DNA of 62,962 nucleotides, filler included, from Aduncisulcus paluster (taxonomy: Eukaryota): NCBI GenBank assembly GCA_024181965.1. It is 6 parts of 6 records of this genome, joined end to end, with 100 filler letters (N's around TTAATTAATTAA, not from the genome) between each part and the next. Parts side by side here need not be neighbours in the genome. Positions count along the whole stretch, not along the records: positions 1 to 11,855 come from BQXS01009994.1; 5 more parts are not named here. One strand, written 5' to 3'. Position numbers and translations under genes: made by a program. Positions 1 to 9,881 of the stretch are shown here, in pieces. Under the pieces are notes generated by a model. It had not been told where the DNA came from. It ran no database searches and saw only the letters and a program-made list of their open reading frames with translations. Numbering within the stretch: position 1 is the stretch's first letter; every line of letters starts with the position of its first letter.

Positions 1-250
1 CAATCAATTCAGCATCTTTATCAATGAAACCAGCACCATGAGAAGTGATGGTGGAAGGCACATCCACATCGACATCAAGAACTCCTTTCTTTAATTCTTC
101 GGCCATGAGAGCAAGGACTTTCTCCCAGAGATCAGATGTTCTCTTGGTAGCTTTGGCAAGGAAAGACGCATCTCCTTCGTATGGTTTGTAGTTAGCTGCG
201 ATGAAACCAGCAACATCCAATTCAGTTTTAGTAGCTTCGGGTTTTGACAT
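1..250 (-). CDS. pflB: Pyruvate formate-lyase (formate C-acetyltransferase), N-terminal part, runs off window start
   Basis: Manual translation from ATG at 250: MSKPEATKTELDVAGFIAANYKPYEGDASFLAKATKRTSDLWEKVLALMAEELKKGVLDVDVDVPSTITSHGAGFIDKDAELI. This matches the PflB N-terminus (FIQKNYTPYEGDESFLAGATEATTTLW...STITSHDAGYINK). Not in the ORF track. Confidence 0.93.
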   Translation of the reverse strand, partial: MSKPEATKTELDVAGFIAANYKPYEGDASFLAKATKRTSDLWEKVLALMAEELKKGVLDVDVDVPSTITSHGAGFIDKDAELI

Positions 251-629
251 AATTATATGATTGCAAAAAAATAACAAAGACACGAGCCGATAGGGGACAA
301 AACTAGGATGGACGAAAAAGAGAGCTCAGAGCCAATACTATTCGGGCCACACAATAAATCGTTCGAGTGCCGAAATAAATATAAAAACAAATGAAATTAC
401 TTGATCATATTATAGATATTTATTTAATGCCTTGGAAGCGATCAGAAAGGACAATCTCTCAAATGAAGGGAAAACAGAGAAAAAAAATCAAACAAACTAT
501 CTTCAATATAAAATATCAAAGTTCATAAACACATTAAGTGTCATAATATATCCGATTTTAAACCACGGCATAATGGGGAACGACAATGTCATACCATGAC
601 ATTCCACAGTGTAGAACAAGGGTTCAAAA

Positions 630-2203
630 TCATTCGGATGTGCTACTCTTTGTGTCTTCCTTGTCATCATCATCTTCCTGATCGTCCCCTCCTTCCTCTT
701 GTTCATCTTTATCCTCCTGTTCTTCAACATTGTCATAACCACTCACCACTTGTTGGAGGAGACAGCTATCAGTTAAAAAGTCTTTTGAGAACATCTGTTT
801 CCTAACAGAATCAACCACCTCCATACCATCCTTGAAAATACTACTTGTGCAAATAATGGCGTACTTACCACGACTTGAGTCTGGAAGTTTCCCCCCACTT
901 GCGAGAAGGAGGAAAGTCTCGTCTCCTGACGAACCAACATACACCTGTGCACCGGCAGCCATTGCTAAAGTTGTGAAGAGTTGTTGCATCTTCTCAGATC
1001 CAACGGATGTCGTAATGATGATGGCATAATCCTTAAAAACTGGGCTTTCCCGAGCACGATCAACTGTAGCTCTAAGGTCAAAGGTTTCAATACCATTCCT
1101 TTCAAGAACTTGATTAACTCCTACTGTGCACTCCTCTCCAGTGAGCAGATGTTTCTCAAAGGGAGGGGCAACAGTAATATCATACAATGCCTTGGCCCAT
1201 GAAATGCCGACGATAGTGGCTCCTTTACAAACACAGAGAAGGAATTTCAAGGTCTTGGAAACTGTTTTGGCAATCAAGATTGTGTTCTCATCAATGGTAT
1301 CACTTTCATCGAGTTCATCAAGAAAATATCCACGACTCTGAATGTATTCACTCACAAGCTCATACTCGCCCGAATCAAAACCAGTTGTAATAATTTGTGT
1401 GTTCTCGCCAACGAGATTGGATACAGCCTGAGTTTGAGTTTGGGATGGGAGTTCCGGCATTGAAAAATCTTCTTCCATCTCAAAGTCTTTTTCTTCAGCC
1501 TCTCCGAGATCTCTTTTCTTTTTTGATTTTGGCTTTTTGGTAGATTTGGCTGATTTCTTCTCAGGAGGAGCAAGTTCATCAGCACTAGAGCGAGTCTTGC
1601 CTGGTGATGATTTTTCCTTTTTCTCTTTCTTCTTCTTGGGTTTTTGTTCCTTTTCGGAACGAATCTCTGTTGCATCAAGTTTACCAGTTGATTTAGCAAT
1701 GGTTTCTTCAAGGACATCCTTTAAATTAGATGAAGAATCGAACATATAATCAGTGATTATTATCTTAAATTTATCAGATTTAATCACCACAGGGAGTTGT
1801 GAAAGGTTGATGGATGTAGAAGCAGCGAAGTGGATACATGAAGTCTCATACAACAATTCGATCGGATATTCTGGCATAAACTCCTCAGAAAACAGAAATT
1901 CTATGCCTGATCCATCTTTTAAAAACTCTAAAAAACCATCATAGGAGCTAAATTAGAATAGGAAGCGTAATTTGTAAAGAGAATAAAAAAGAACATACTG
2001 AATGCAATAGCACATTTCACTGGCTCTTCAAGTTTAAGTTTCGTTAATTTTGAATTATCTGGAACAGGAGAAAATTCTTCGGAACCTAGAATAATGCATT
2101 TGTCTTTACGCTTGGCAAAAGATACCTTATGGTATGCTCTTCGTCCTTTTAGAGCATTAGTAACAAAATAAGATGCATAAATAATAAGATCCTCTGGATT
2201 CAT
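630..2203 (-). CDS. C-terminal tandem BRCT-domain protein (DNA damage response/MDC1-like), at least one intron (1928-1998)
   Basis: BRCT motif 'KTVSKTLKFLLCVCKGATIVGISW' and a second repeat 'PVFKDYAIII...LAMAAGAQV...FLTDSCLLQQ'. A GTATGT donor at 1998 and TTTTAG acceptor at 1928 join ORF 1928-2221 in frame to ORF 630-1877. True start uncertain. Confidence 0.7.
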
Positions 2204-2533
2204 GTTGCAATCCCACGACAATCAGAAGATTGTATCGAGGAACCTGAAATAAGAATAAAACAGCATATTTTCTGCACAATATTAAATAAGCATACCTTTT
2301 AATCAGATAAATGATAAATATAAGTTGCACTTACAAAGCGATGCGTGAGATAAATGAAATCAATAATAGAAGGAAATTGATCAAATATTTTTTCTGATAC
2401 TCTAAAAGATTTCATTCGAAATGGTTATTATTTTGGCATCATACATTTTCAGAAATCAAAAATAGTCATATCGTTGGAATCGCGGAGATAGCAAAAGTAA
2501 TAATATCATAATATCTGACAATATTCAAAATGA

Positions 2534-4426
2534 ATGAGACTACAGCTCCTTAATCTGGTATCTACATTACAAGCCGAGGTGGAGAAATTTTTTGATGATT
2601 TGTCGAGGAATTCAATGGATGACGCGGGAAAAAGATTACGTATTGGGTCGTTTAGGATGTATAATTTTCTAAAAACTACTTATCACTTCGAAAAAGCTAT
2701 GCTATCTTCCCAGATTACATGTTGGCGAGTTCTTTCTCGTTTTATATTTTTTGAGCCTTTTCTTGCTGTGAGAGATATTTTTATGTTTTTTAAGAATCCA
2801 TCTCGCTATAAATTAAAGAGAATATTTATGATCTCTACATGTATCTTGACTACAGTTATTCTGCGTAGCATGTACGATATATCTGTGATGTATCATTTTT
2901 TGAGATCTCAGTCATATTTAAAATTGTATACTATGTATAATATTATTGTTATTTTGGACAGATTAATGAATAGTCTTGCATCTGACATTGCTGATAGCGT
3001 TGAGTATAATTGCCAGATATTGACTGATTATATAATAAGAAAATTTTATTCAAACAAATTTATTGGCAGTTTTAAACAAAATAAGAAAGGGATGGACCCT
3101 GTTCAATTACCAGAAACCATTTCTATTCCTTCCGAAGATGATCCCCCCAACCCTGAACAAGATGATGATTTCGATGATCATGATGCGAAGGAATTATCAA
3201 AAAGTGGGACTTTGATTGGGTTATGGAGCGAAGATAAGACTCCTAAATCTCATTCTGATGATCCTTCATCAACCGTCTCTCATGATATCCCTATCATTCC
3301 TGCAAGCGGGTCAAAAGATCCCATTTTATCAGGCGATAGCACTGGTGAGAAGAGTGTTGTTCAGTCTTCACTCTCGGCTGAAATAACCGATGTCACTTCC
3401 CTCATTATTCCTGACTTTGGATCAAGCCAACAACCCTCTGCAACCCTTGAAGACACCACTTCAAATAATTCATCACATTCCGTTTCATCTGAATCTCCGA
3501 TGTACATTATTCCTTCGTTACTTGTCCTTCTTCTCCATACCATCCTTCACACAATGTTGATGCAGTGCCAGATGACTGTTCTTCTCATATGTATTACATC
3601 CAAGAGCGTCAGTATGGTAAGTCTGATGATATCAACAAGGTTTAAGATCTTGAAGAAGGTTGTACTAAGACGACAAGGAGATAGAACGATATTCCAATCG
3701 TTTTTAGCCGATTCATACAATCGATTCACAACTCTCCTCTATCTTGTATTGGTTTCTACGGGGGCAGAATCATGGATAGAATTTTTACCAGATTATATTT
3801 ATAAGTTTCTTGAGAAACTATGTGATCAAAATTCTTGGATTGATCCAAGTTCTATATATAGGTATTGTTCAACTCTTTTCATTATTCTCTTCGTTTATCT
3901 AACTGATTTGGTTGTTGATTGTATCAAACATTGCTTCATTTTACGGCATAATTCTCGAAATTGTACAATATATGATGCTTTTCAACTTATTCTCTCTAGT
4001 GATGTTGTGTCTCTCAATGATATGATATTTCTCAATGATGATGCTAAAAATAGTGAGATCGGTGGAAATAATAATAATACTATGGTTAAAAATAGAATCG
4101 GTTCTATTCCTCCAGGTCCTGAGAGGTTTTTCCCCATTCACGAACAAGATGTTTGGACAAGAGTTGCCAAACGTGTCGGGTTTTCACCTGTAACAATTGT
4201 TACGCTAACCCTTTATGTTCGTAGTAATTCCGTAGTTTCGATATTGTCTTCTTTATCATCTCGTCCCCTATCAATAGTAATTGGTACAATTGTTGGATTG
4301 TGTGGGGGATTAGTTGTTTTTGCATTGATGAATATTCGAAAGGAAACACGTAAAGAAGTCATTGTTCCTACTAATTTAAAAGAAACATTTGAAAATTTGA
4401 AATATGTTGAAAGATTCGACATTTAA
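2534..4426 (+). CDS. TAPT1: TAPT1/Emp65 family ER membrane protein (DUF747)
   Basis: 'MYHFLRSQSYLKLYTMYNIIVILDRL' and 'VVDCIKHCFI' match TAPT1/Emp65 conserved blocks; multiple TM segments; low-complexity insert. Confidence 0.85.
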   Translation: MRLQLLNLVSTLQAEVEKFFDDLSRNSMDDAGKRLRIGSFRMYNFLKTTYHFEKAMLSSQITCWRVLSRFIFFEPFLAVRDIFMFFKNPSRYKLKRIFMISTCILTTVILRSMYDISVMYHFLRSQSYLKLYTMYNIIVILDRLMNSLASDIADSVEYNCQILTDYIIRKFYSNKFIGSFKQNKKGMDPVQLPETISIPSEDDPPNPEQDDDFDDHDAKELSKSGTLIGLWSEDKTPKSHSDDPSSTVSHDIPIIPASGSKDPILSGDSTGEKSVVQSSLSAEITDVTSLIIPDFGSSQQPSATLEDTTSNNSSHSVSSESPMYIIPSLLVLLLHTILHTMLMQCQMTVLLICITSKSVSMVSLMISTRFKILKKVVLRRQGDRTIFQSFLADSYNRFTTLLYLVLVSTGAESWIEFLPDYIYKFLEKLCDQNSWIDPSSIYRYCSTLFIILFVYLTDLVVDCIKHCFILRHNSRNCTIYDAFQLILSSDVVSLNDMIFLNDDAKNSEIGGNNNNTMVKNRIGSIPPGPERFFPIHEQDVWTRVAKRVGFSPVTIVTLTLYVRSNSVVSILSSLSSRPLSIVIGTIVGLCGGLVVFALMNIRKETRKEVIVPTNLKETFENLKYVERFDI

Positions 4427-4761
4427 TTGAAGACTCGGAATCGTTATGAACTCGTTTATAAGCCTTATAACCCTGAGGGTTCCATAGAATTTGGCCCAAC
4501 CCATTGAAATAATACGCACCATTCAATAAATAATGCTTTTTTTTATGGTTGTTTGAGGTGTAAGCCTCATATTTCGGTCAATTATTATTATTATTTTGTG
4601 AATAAAAAATAACAAAATTAAAGTTATTTATCAATGCATTACGATTGTTCTTCAATTCAATTGAATAAACATTTTTTGATTTTGAGGGTCAGAAAATTAG
4701 GGGAATTTCCGAATAGGGGGGGTATTTCGAAATAAAAGGGTAATAAACTTTATTAGTTAGG

Positions 4762-4871
4762 AATAAACTTTATTGCCGACCAATTTCGAAATTGACCCCC
4801 AATTTCGAAATAGCTAGGGAATTAATGAAATTGCGCAGCAATTTTGAAATTGGTCGGCAATAAAGTTTATT
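4762..4871. mobile_element. 110-bp foldback/MITE-like element with 33-bp terminal inverted repeats
   Basis: AATAAACTTTATTGCCGACCAATTTCGAAATTG (4762-4794) vs reverse complement of 4839-4871, 1 mismatch; internal AATTTCGAAA repeats; no clear TSD. Confidence 0.6.
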
Positions 4872-5434
4872 GGTGGTTTGTACAGCAAATCGATGTCATT
4901 TAGAGCATCATTGGATTTAGAAAGGGCTTCTCAAGCGATACAAGATGCTGAGATTGTTGATCATATGGATCATTTGATGACACATCCCTTAGAACCCCAA
5001 AGCCGACGCAGCCAACATGGATGTAAGTGTATATACATTCGAGAAGCTTATATGGAAGCAAATGATGAAGATTTTAAGTTCTTTTTTGGCTATTTTTTAT
5101 TTTTTTGATTTTTGCAAAAGGTCTACTAAGAATCATAAACATAATTAAAAATAGTGTTATTCAAATAACTTTTGTCGCTTTGATTGTTGATTCCACATTT
5201 TTTTTTTTTATGGTTCTGACTTGCAGATCCTTTTCATAATCATGTCTTCTTTCAAGGAGATACAAGAGGTTTAATCATCTGATAATCGACAATATGACAA
5301 TATATAATCAATAAGATGTTAAACTTTTGAAAAATGAGTTATTTATTCTACTATTCCATGTCAAACTTTTCTGACAACTGATCAAATTTCTTGAGGAGAA
5401 ATTACCTTGGAAAATTGAAGAAATTTGTTTTATC

Positions 5435-7489
5435 ATGAAAATTAAAGGATGTGATTTAATAATTACTTTAATTCAAGGAGTGTATAGAGCTTCACCAATG
5501 TTTGTGAAAGTGTCTTCAAAACTGGTTGGAAAGTCAGTTCTTTTGGAAATTAATGGAATTCCAGTTAGTGTTCCTTTATTTGTTGCCGAGGGAGGGTTTA
5601 TTGCAATATCTCCATATCATTCGGATGAGCATACATTTCGTAGTTCATTCTCGTCGAGTTTAAGTACGGTTGATTCAACCAGTATTTCAAGAAGGAAACG
5701 ATTTAAGCATATTGATACCCCGGGGGATTCTGTGGATGTTATCGAAAATGTTGATATTCCATTTGAGTGTCCATTTTGCTTCTATCCTTCAATATTTATC
5801 CCTTCAAATTTTGAATCTAACTTTTTGGATATTATTGCAAAGATATTGAAACGTAGTTCTGAGAGTGATTATTCTATTCTTGATTCATTTTCTTGTATTC
5901 CACCTGGTTTGATAAATGTTCCTATTCCTTATACTGTAGAAAACAAACAAATTTTCGAAGCACATGAAATTAGAAAAAAAGATATTCTTCGGATTTGTAA
6001 GTTTTCTGTATATTCTTTATTTCATATATATGTTGTATCAGTTGATCCTGTGACCAAAAGCCGAACCATCATTGGACTTTGGCAATGTGACCTTATGAAG
6101 AAATATATTGATATTGTTCGTTCATCAATGGTTCGAGGAACACGTTTTGAAAACGATTCTTTTCTTCGATTCATTTTTGGAAGTCATGTTGATTTCTTTA
6201 GGAGTTCTTCCCGATTTGCTGGGCCGTCACCCAAAGAATCTCCGTTATTATCGGCGAATTCTGTCCATTTAAGTGAATTCTCATCCAAAACAACGAGTTC
6301 TCAAACATCATCAGCCGATGTGGAACCTTCTTCGCCTGTTGAGATTATTTCTGATACCTCAACAACTCCTTCAACCCCTTCAACCATTGAATCTCACACT
6401 CCAAGTGATGTCGGCTACGATTGGCACTGTCTTATTCCAATGATGGTACCAAAAAGCCTATTGGAAGTGTTCAATAATGAAATGACGGCTGCTTGTGCTC
6501 TTCGACTGGATCGGTTTCAAAAGGCTCTGTCTTTATGCACACTTCATGAAGGAAAGAATTCAGCTCAATTTACAGTTATATCAAGCCGGAAAGGTACTCG
6601 TGAAGGATGTGTAAATATTGACATTTATTTTTACAAATTAGAGGATGTGCCAATGAGAATTTGTGTATCTGATATTGATGGAACAATTACGAAAAGTGAC
6701 TTAAAATCAATTTTTGAACCCATGGTAAGAAAACCTTTTCATTCGCATATCCACACCATGTATCATAAATTACGAGACACAAATAGTGCAATCGTATATT
6801 TGACAATGAGAAGTCTGGGGTGGTATGAAAGTACATCAAAATTACTTGCAAAGGTTCCACGAACTGATAGTCCAATTGTATCAGAAAAACTTGTGTATGA
6901 AGATTCATATTCAAAACAAAAGAAGGATGAGAAAAAAGAGAAGAAAAGACTTAAGAAGGAAGAGAAGACTCAAAAGAGGCTCTTTCGTCATGGAATTATG
7001 TTCGAAAGTGATCATTTAGAATCTCCAAGACCAGATCCAAAGCTATCTGTTCCGAAGGGACTTCCTGAAGGGGCAAAACTATTGTGCCCTGTTTCTGCAT
7101 TATCAAATTATACAGTCGCAAAAATGTCTTGGATAATAACACTAGAAGAACTATTCAGTCCATTTTTATGGGAACATGAAAAAAAATTTCTTCGACATAA
7201 ATCGATCAGTGACAAATCATCTGTGTCTCCTTCTTCAGGAGCATCAACACCACAAATGCATTTAAAAAGTTCAGAAGGAAGGAAGAGTGTTATCAGAGTT
7301 GCTATTGGAAATGCTGATTCCGACAAAGCAGCGTATTTTTCAGGAGGTATCGTTGCTTCTCGAGTGTTTTCGATTAATTCTTCAAGTATTGTAGAATCAT
7401 ATTCTAAACTATTTGATAAAATTGAATTTAACTATCACGAAGCTCTATTTGGTCTTAAAGAAAGCATATTAAGAGATTTGGAGGATTAA
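5435..7489 (+). CDS. PAH1: Lipin/Pah1 phosphatidate phosphatase (LNS2 HAD domain)
   Basis: HAD motif I 'CVSDIDGTITKSD', motif II 'IVYLTMRS', C-terminal 'IGNADSDKAAY...VFSIN'; N-LIP-like N-terminus 'ASPMFVK...VLLEING'. Confidence 0.9.
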   Translation: MKIKGCDLIITLIQGVYRASPMFVKVSSKLVGKSVLLEINGIPVSVPLFVAEGGFIAISPYHSDEHTFRSSFSSSLSTVDSTSISRRKRFKHIDTPGDSVDVIENVDIPFECPFCFYPSIFIPSNFESNFLDIIAKILKRSSESDYSILDSFSCIPPGLINVPIPYTVENKQIFEAHEIRKKDILRICKFSVYSLFHIYVVSVDPVTKSRTIIGLWQCDLMKKYIDIVRSSMVRGTRFENDSFLRFIFGSHVDFFRSSSRFAGPSPKESPLLSANSVHLSEFSSKTTSSQTSSADVEPSSPVEIISDTSTTPSTPSTIESHTPSDVGYDWHCLIPMMVPKSLLEVFNNEMTAACALRLDRFQKALSLCTLHEGKNSAQFTVISSRKGTREGCVNIDIYFYKLEDVPMRICVSDIDGTITKSDLKSIFEPMVRKPFHSHIHTMYHKLRDTNSAIVYLTMRSLGWYESTSKLLAKVPRTDSPIVSEKLVYEDSYSKQKKDEKKEKKRLKKEEKTQKRLFRHGIMFESDHLESPRPDPKLSVPKGLPEGAKLLCPVSALSNYTVAKMSWIITLEELFSPFLWEHEKKFLRHKSISDKSSVSPSSGASTPQMHLKSSEGRKSVIRVAIGNADSDKAAYFSGGIVASRVFSINSSSIVESYSKLFDKIEFNYHEALFGLKESILRDLED

Positions 7490-7683
7490 GGCTTCATTTT
7501 ATTTAAATTACGGCATTTTATTATTGATCTATTAATAATATTATATTAATGTAAGGACAAAACGTATTTATATTTTAAATTATATAACAAGTGGTCTGTT
7601 GATATGATCATATAGAGAGGAGATATGAAACCGTCAAGAACGATAGATTTTACTATGAACAATAAATAAATTAGTTAGTTGAC

Positions 7684-8025
7684 CTATTCAACAATAGGCT
7701 CATCAATAATAACGGGTTCCTCGATAACAACGGGTTCCTCAATAACCTCAACCTTCTCTTCGACAGCGACTTCTTCAGCAGAGTCGATGAAGTTAGGCTT
7801 GACGTAGAAGAAGAAAGCAGCGACAGCAGCAGCGATGACAGCGAGAATCACAGCACAGACAACGTGACATTTCTTTCCACAGAGCTTGCACTTTCCACCA
7901 CAGCACTTCTTCTTGGATTCCTCCTTAGCTTGTTGCTTCTTGAGCTCAGCTTCCTTCTCTTGTTGAGCTTTGAGGGCTTTCATCTCTTTCTTGGAGAGTT
8001 TCTTTTCTTTTGGGACCTTAGCCAT
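7684..8025 (-). CDS. Small single-pass membrane protein (Lys-rich N-terminus, Cys cluster, acidic EEPVVI tail)
   Basis: 113-aa ORF with one hydrophobic helix (VVCAVILAVIAAAVAAFFFY). The copy at 8109-8385 is a gap-flank duplicate. Confidence 0.75.
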   Translation of the reverse strand: MAKVPKEKKLSKKEMKALKAQQEKEAELKKQQAKEESKKKCCGGKCKLCGKKCHVVCAVILAVIAAAVAAFFFYVKPNFIDSAEEVAVEEKVEVIEEPVVIEEPVIIDEPIVE

Positions 8026-8987
8026 GATGATCGTAACAAAAAAAAAGAAAATTCCAAGAAAATTTCTATGTAATAAATCCTTGGTTCANNNNNNNNNNNN
8101 NNNNNNNNCAACCTTCTCTTCGACAGCGACTTCTTCAGCAGAGTCGATGAAGTTAGGCTTGACGTAGAAGAAGAAAGCAGCGACAGCAGCAGCGATGACA
8201 GCGAGAATCACAGCACAGACAACGTGACATTTCTTTCCACAGAGCTTGCACTTTCCACCACAGCACTTCTTCTTGGATTCCTCCTTAGCTTGTTGCTTCT
8301 TGAGCTCAGCTTCCTTCTCTTGTTGAGCTTTGAGGGCTTTCATCTCTTTCTTGGAGAGTTTCTTTTCTTTTGGGACCTTAGCCATGATGATCGTAACAAA
8401 AAAAAAGAAAATTCCAAGAAAATTTCTATGTAATAAATCCTTGGTTCATGCACGTATTTAAGCAATCACTGTTGTGATAATTTGAGTATTTGATGTTTTT
8501 TTATCAATAAATTAAAGCTTTTTCCTCGGTGGGAATCAATATTCATCCCGCCCCTAAACAATCGTTATTTTCGAAATTATAAAATTAAGATCAAATTTAT
8601 TAGGAGATTTTAGAATTATCTTTTCAGATGAATAAGTTTTTCTGATTAGATCATTCTGATTGTCATTTCTGATATAATCCGAGAAGTAAAATATAGCATA
8701 TATTTTTACTCTATGATAATATTTTTTAATATTTTGAACTATTATGTTAAGTTTTGATGATAATATTATTGTATTCTGCTCAATTCACACCCTCACAATG
8801 ATTTTGGCCAATGGCTCAGTCAGTATTGAAATGTCAGTGAAATTGAAAAGTTTATTTATCATTATGGGTTGATTTGATCCGGAAAATGTTATTAAATTAT
8901 GATTTTGAATGAAAATTGTTGTGTGAATCTTGAAATTGACTTCTTGAGTCCATAACACAATTGTAAAATATATATAATAACACAAAA

Positions 8988-9455
8988 ATGATTTATTCGA
9001 TGTTGATTAGTAATATTGCCGGGTCATTGGTATTCCTGAAAGATTATTTTCTATGGCAAAAGGACAGACGTACAGACAAGCTGATTCCACAGGAAAGGAA
9101 ATTTAAACCCTTAAATCATGATATGACAACATCATTTTCCCCAGTTATTGGGGCCTTACTTCAGTTTGCCAAGCGAGCTGTGCCTATCGCTGCACCAACA
9201 ACTCGATGTGTATTTTTTGGTTGGAAAACGAAGGAATATACAGCTTATTATTATAATATTCCCACTGGAATTACTTTTACATTTCTTGTTGATCATGAAC
9301 ATTCTCGTGAAGATGTTTTAGTTGTTTGTAAACTAGTGTATAAGGCTTTTGCTGAATATGTTCTTCAAAATCCTGGGGTTGAAAGGGATCAGTTTATTCA
9401 AGCTCCATTATTCATCGAGAAAACAGACAAAATCATCAATGACTTTAACCGTTAG
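8988..9455 (+). CDS. Sybindin-family TRAPP complex subunit (TRAPPC1/Bet5 or TRAPPC4/Trs23)
   Basis: Longin-type N-terminus 'MIYSMLISNIAGSLVF', 'YYNIPTGITFTF', 'VYKAFAEYVLQNP...IQAPLF'. Confidence 0.8.
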   Translation: MIYSMLISNIAGSLVFLKDYFLWQKDRRTDKLIPQERKFKPLNHDMTTSFSPVIGALLQFAKRAVPIAAPTTRCVFFGWKTKEYTAYYYNIPTGITFTFLVDHEHSREDVLVVCKLVYKAFAEYVLQNPGVERDQFIQAPLFIEKTDKIINDFNR

Positions 9456-9881
9456 TCAGATTTTCTGTTCTCGCCAATTTCAATATTTTTAAAAGACCCA
9501 TAATTTTTTTTAATGGTGATTTACATAGTAAAACACTGAAAATTAGCTGGAAGAGTTATTATAGTACAGTATTATAGTGACTTCCAACTTGGAAGCATGT
9601 TGAACATGACACTGCGAGTGAGCGGCTCAGTCTGAGCCTCATTCTCGAGTCGAGAACATCGGATGTCTTGAAATTAGGAATCAACAATTCTTAATATGCA
9701 ATAATTTCACTATTAAAGAACAAGAACGCAATAATAAATTATGGGAAATATTTTGAATTTCTGAAATTAGTTGTGGCAGTCCTGTTTTGATTACATTCCA
9801 AGGTTCTTTGATCCAATTATATATAATATTTATTTTTTTTTTTTTGACAGCTTTTTTAAAAAATAACCTTCTTAATATTAT

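Noticed and set aside
4878-5108. 76-aa ORF next to the foldback element
   Set aside because: TTG start, no recognisable domain, runs into T-rich sequence.
8089-8448. Apparent tandem gene duplications at 20-N gaps (8089, 15486, 18935, 24223, 34456, 39148, 54073)
   Set aside because: Every 20-N gap has near-identical sequence on both sides: unmerged scaffold overlaps.
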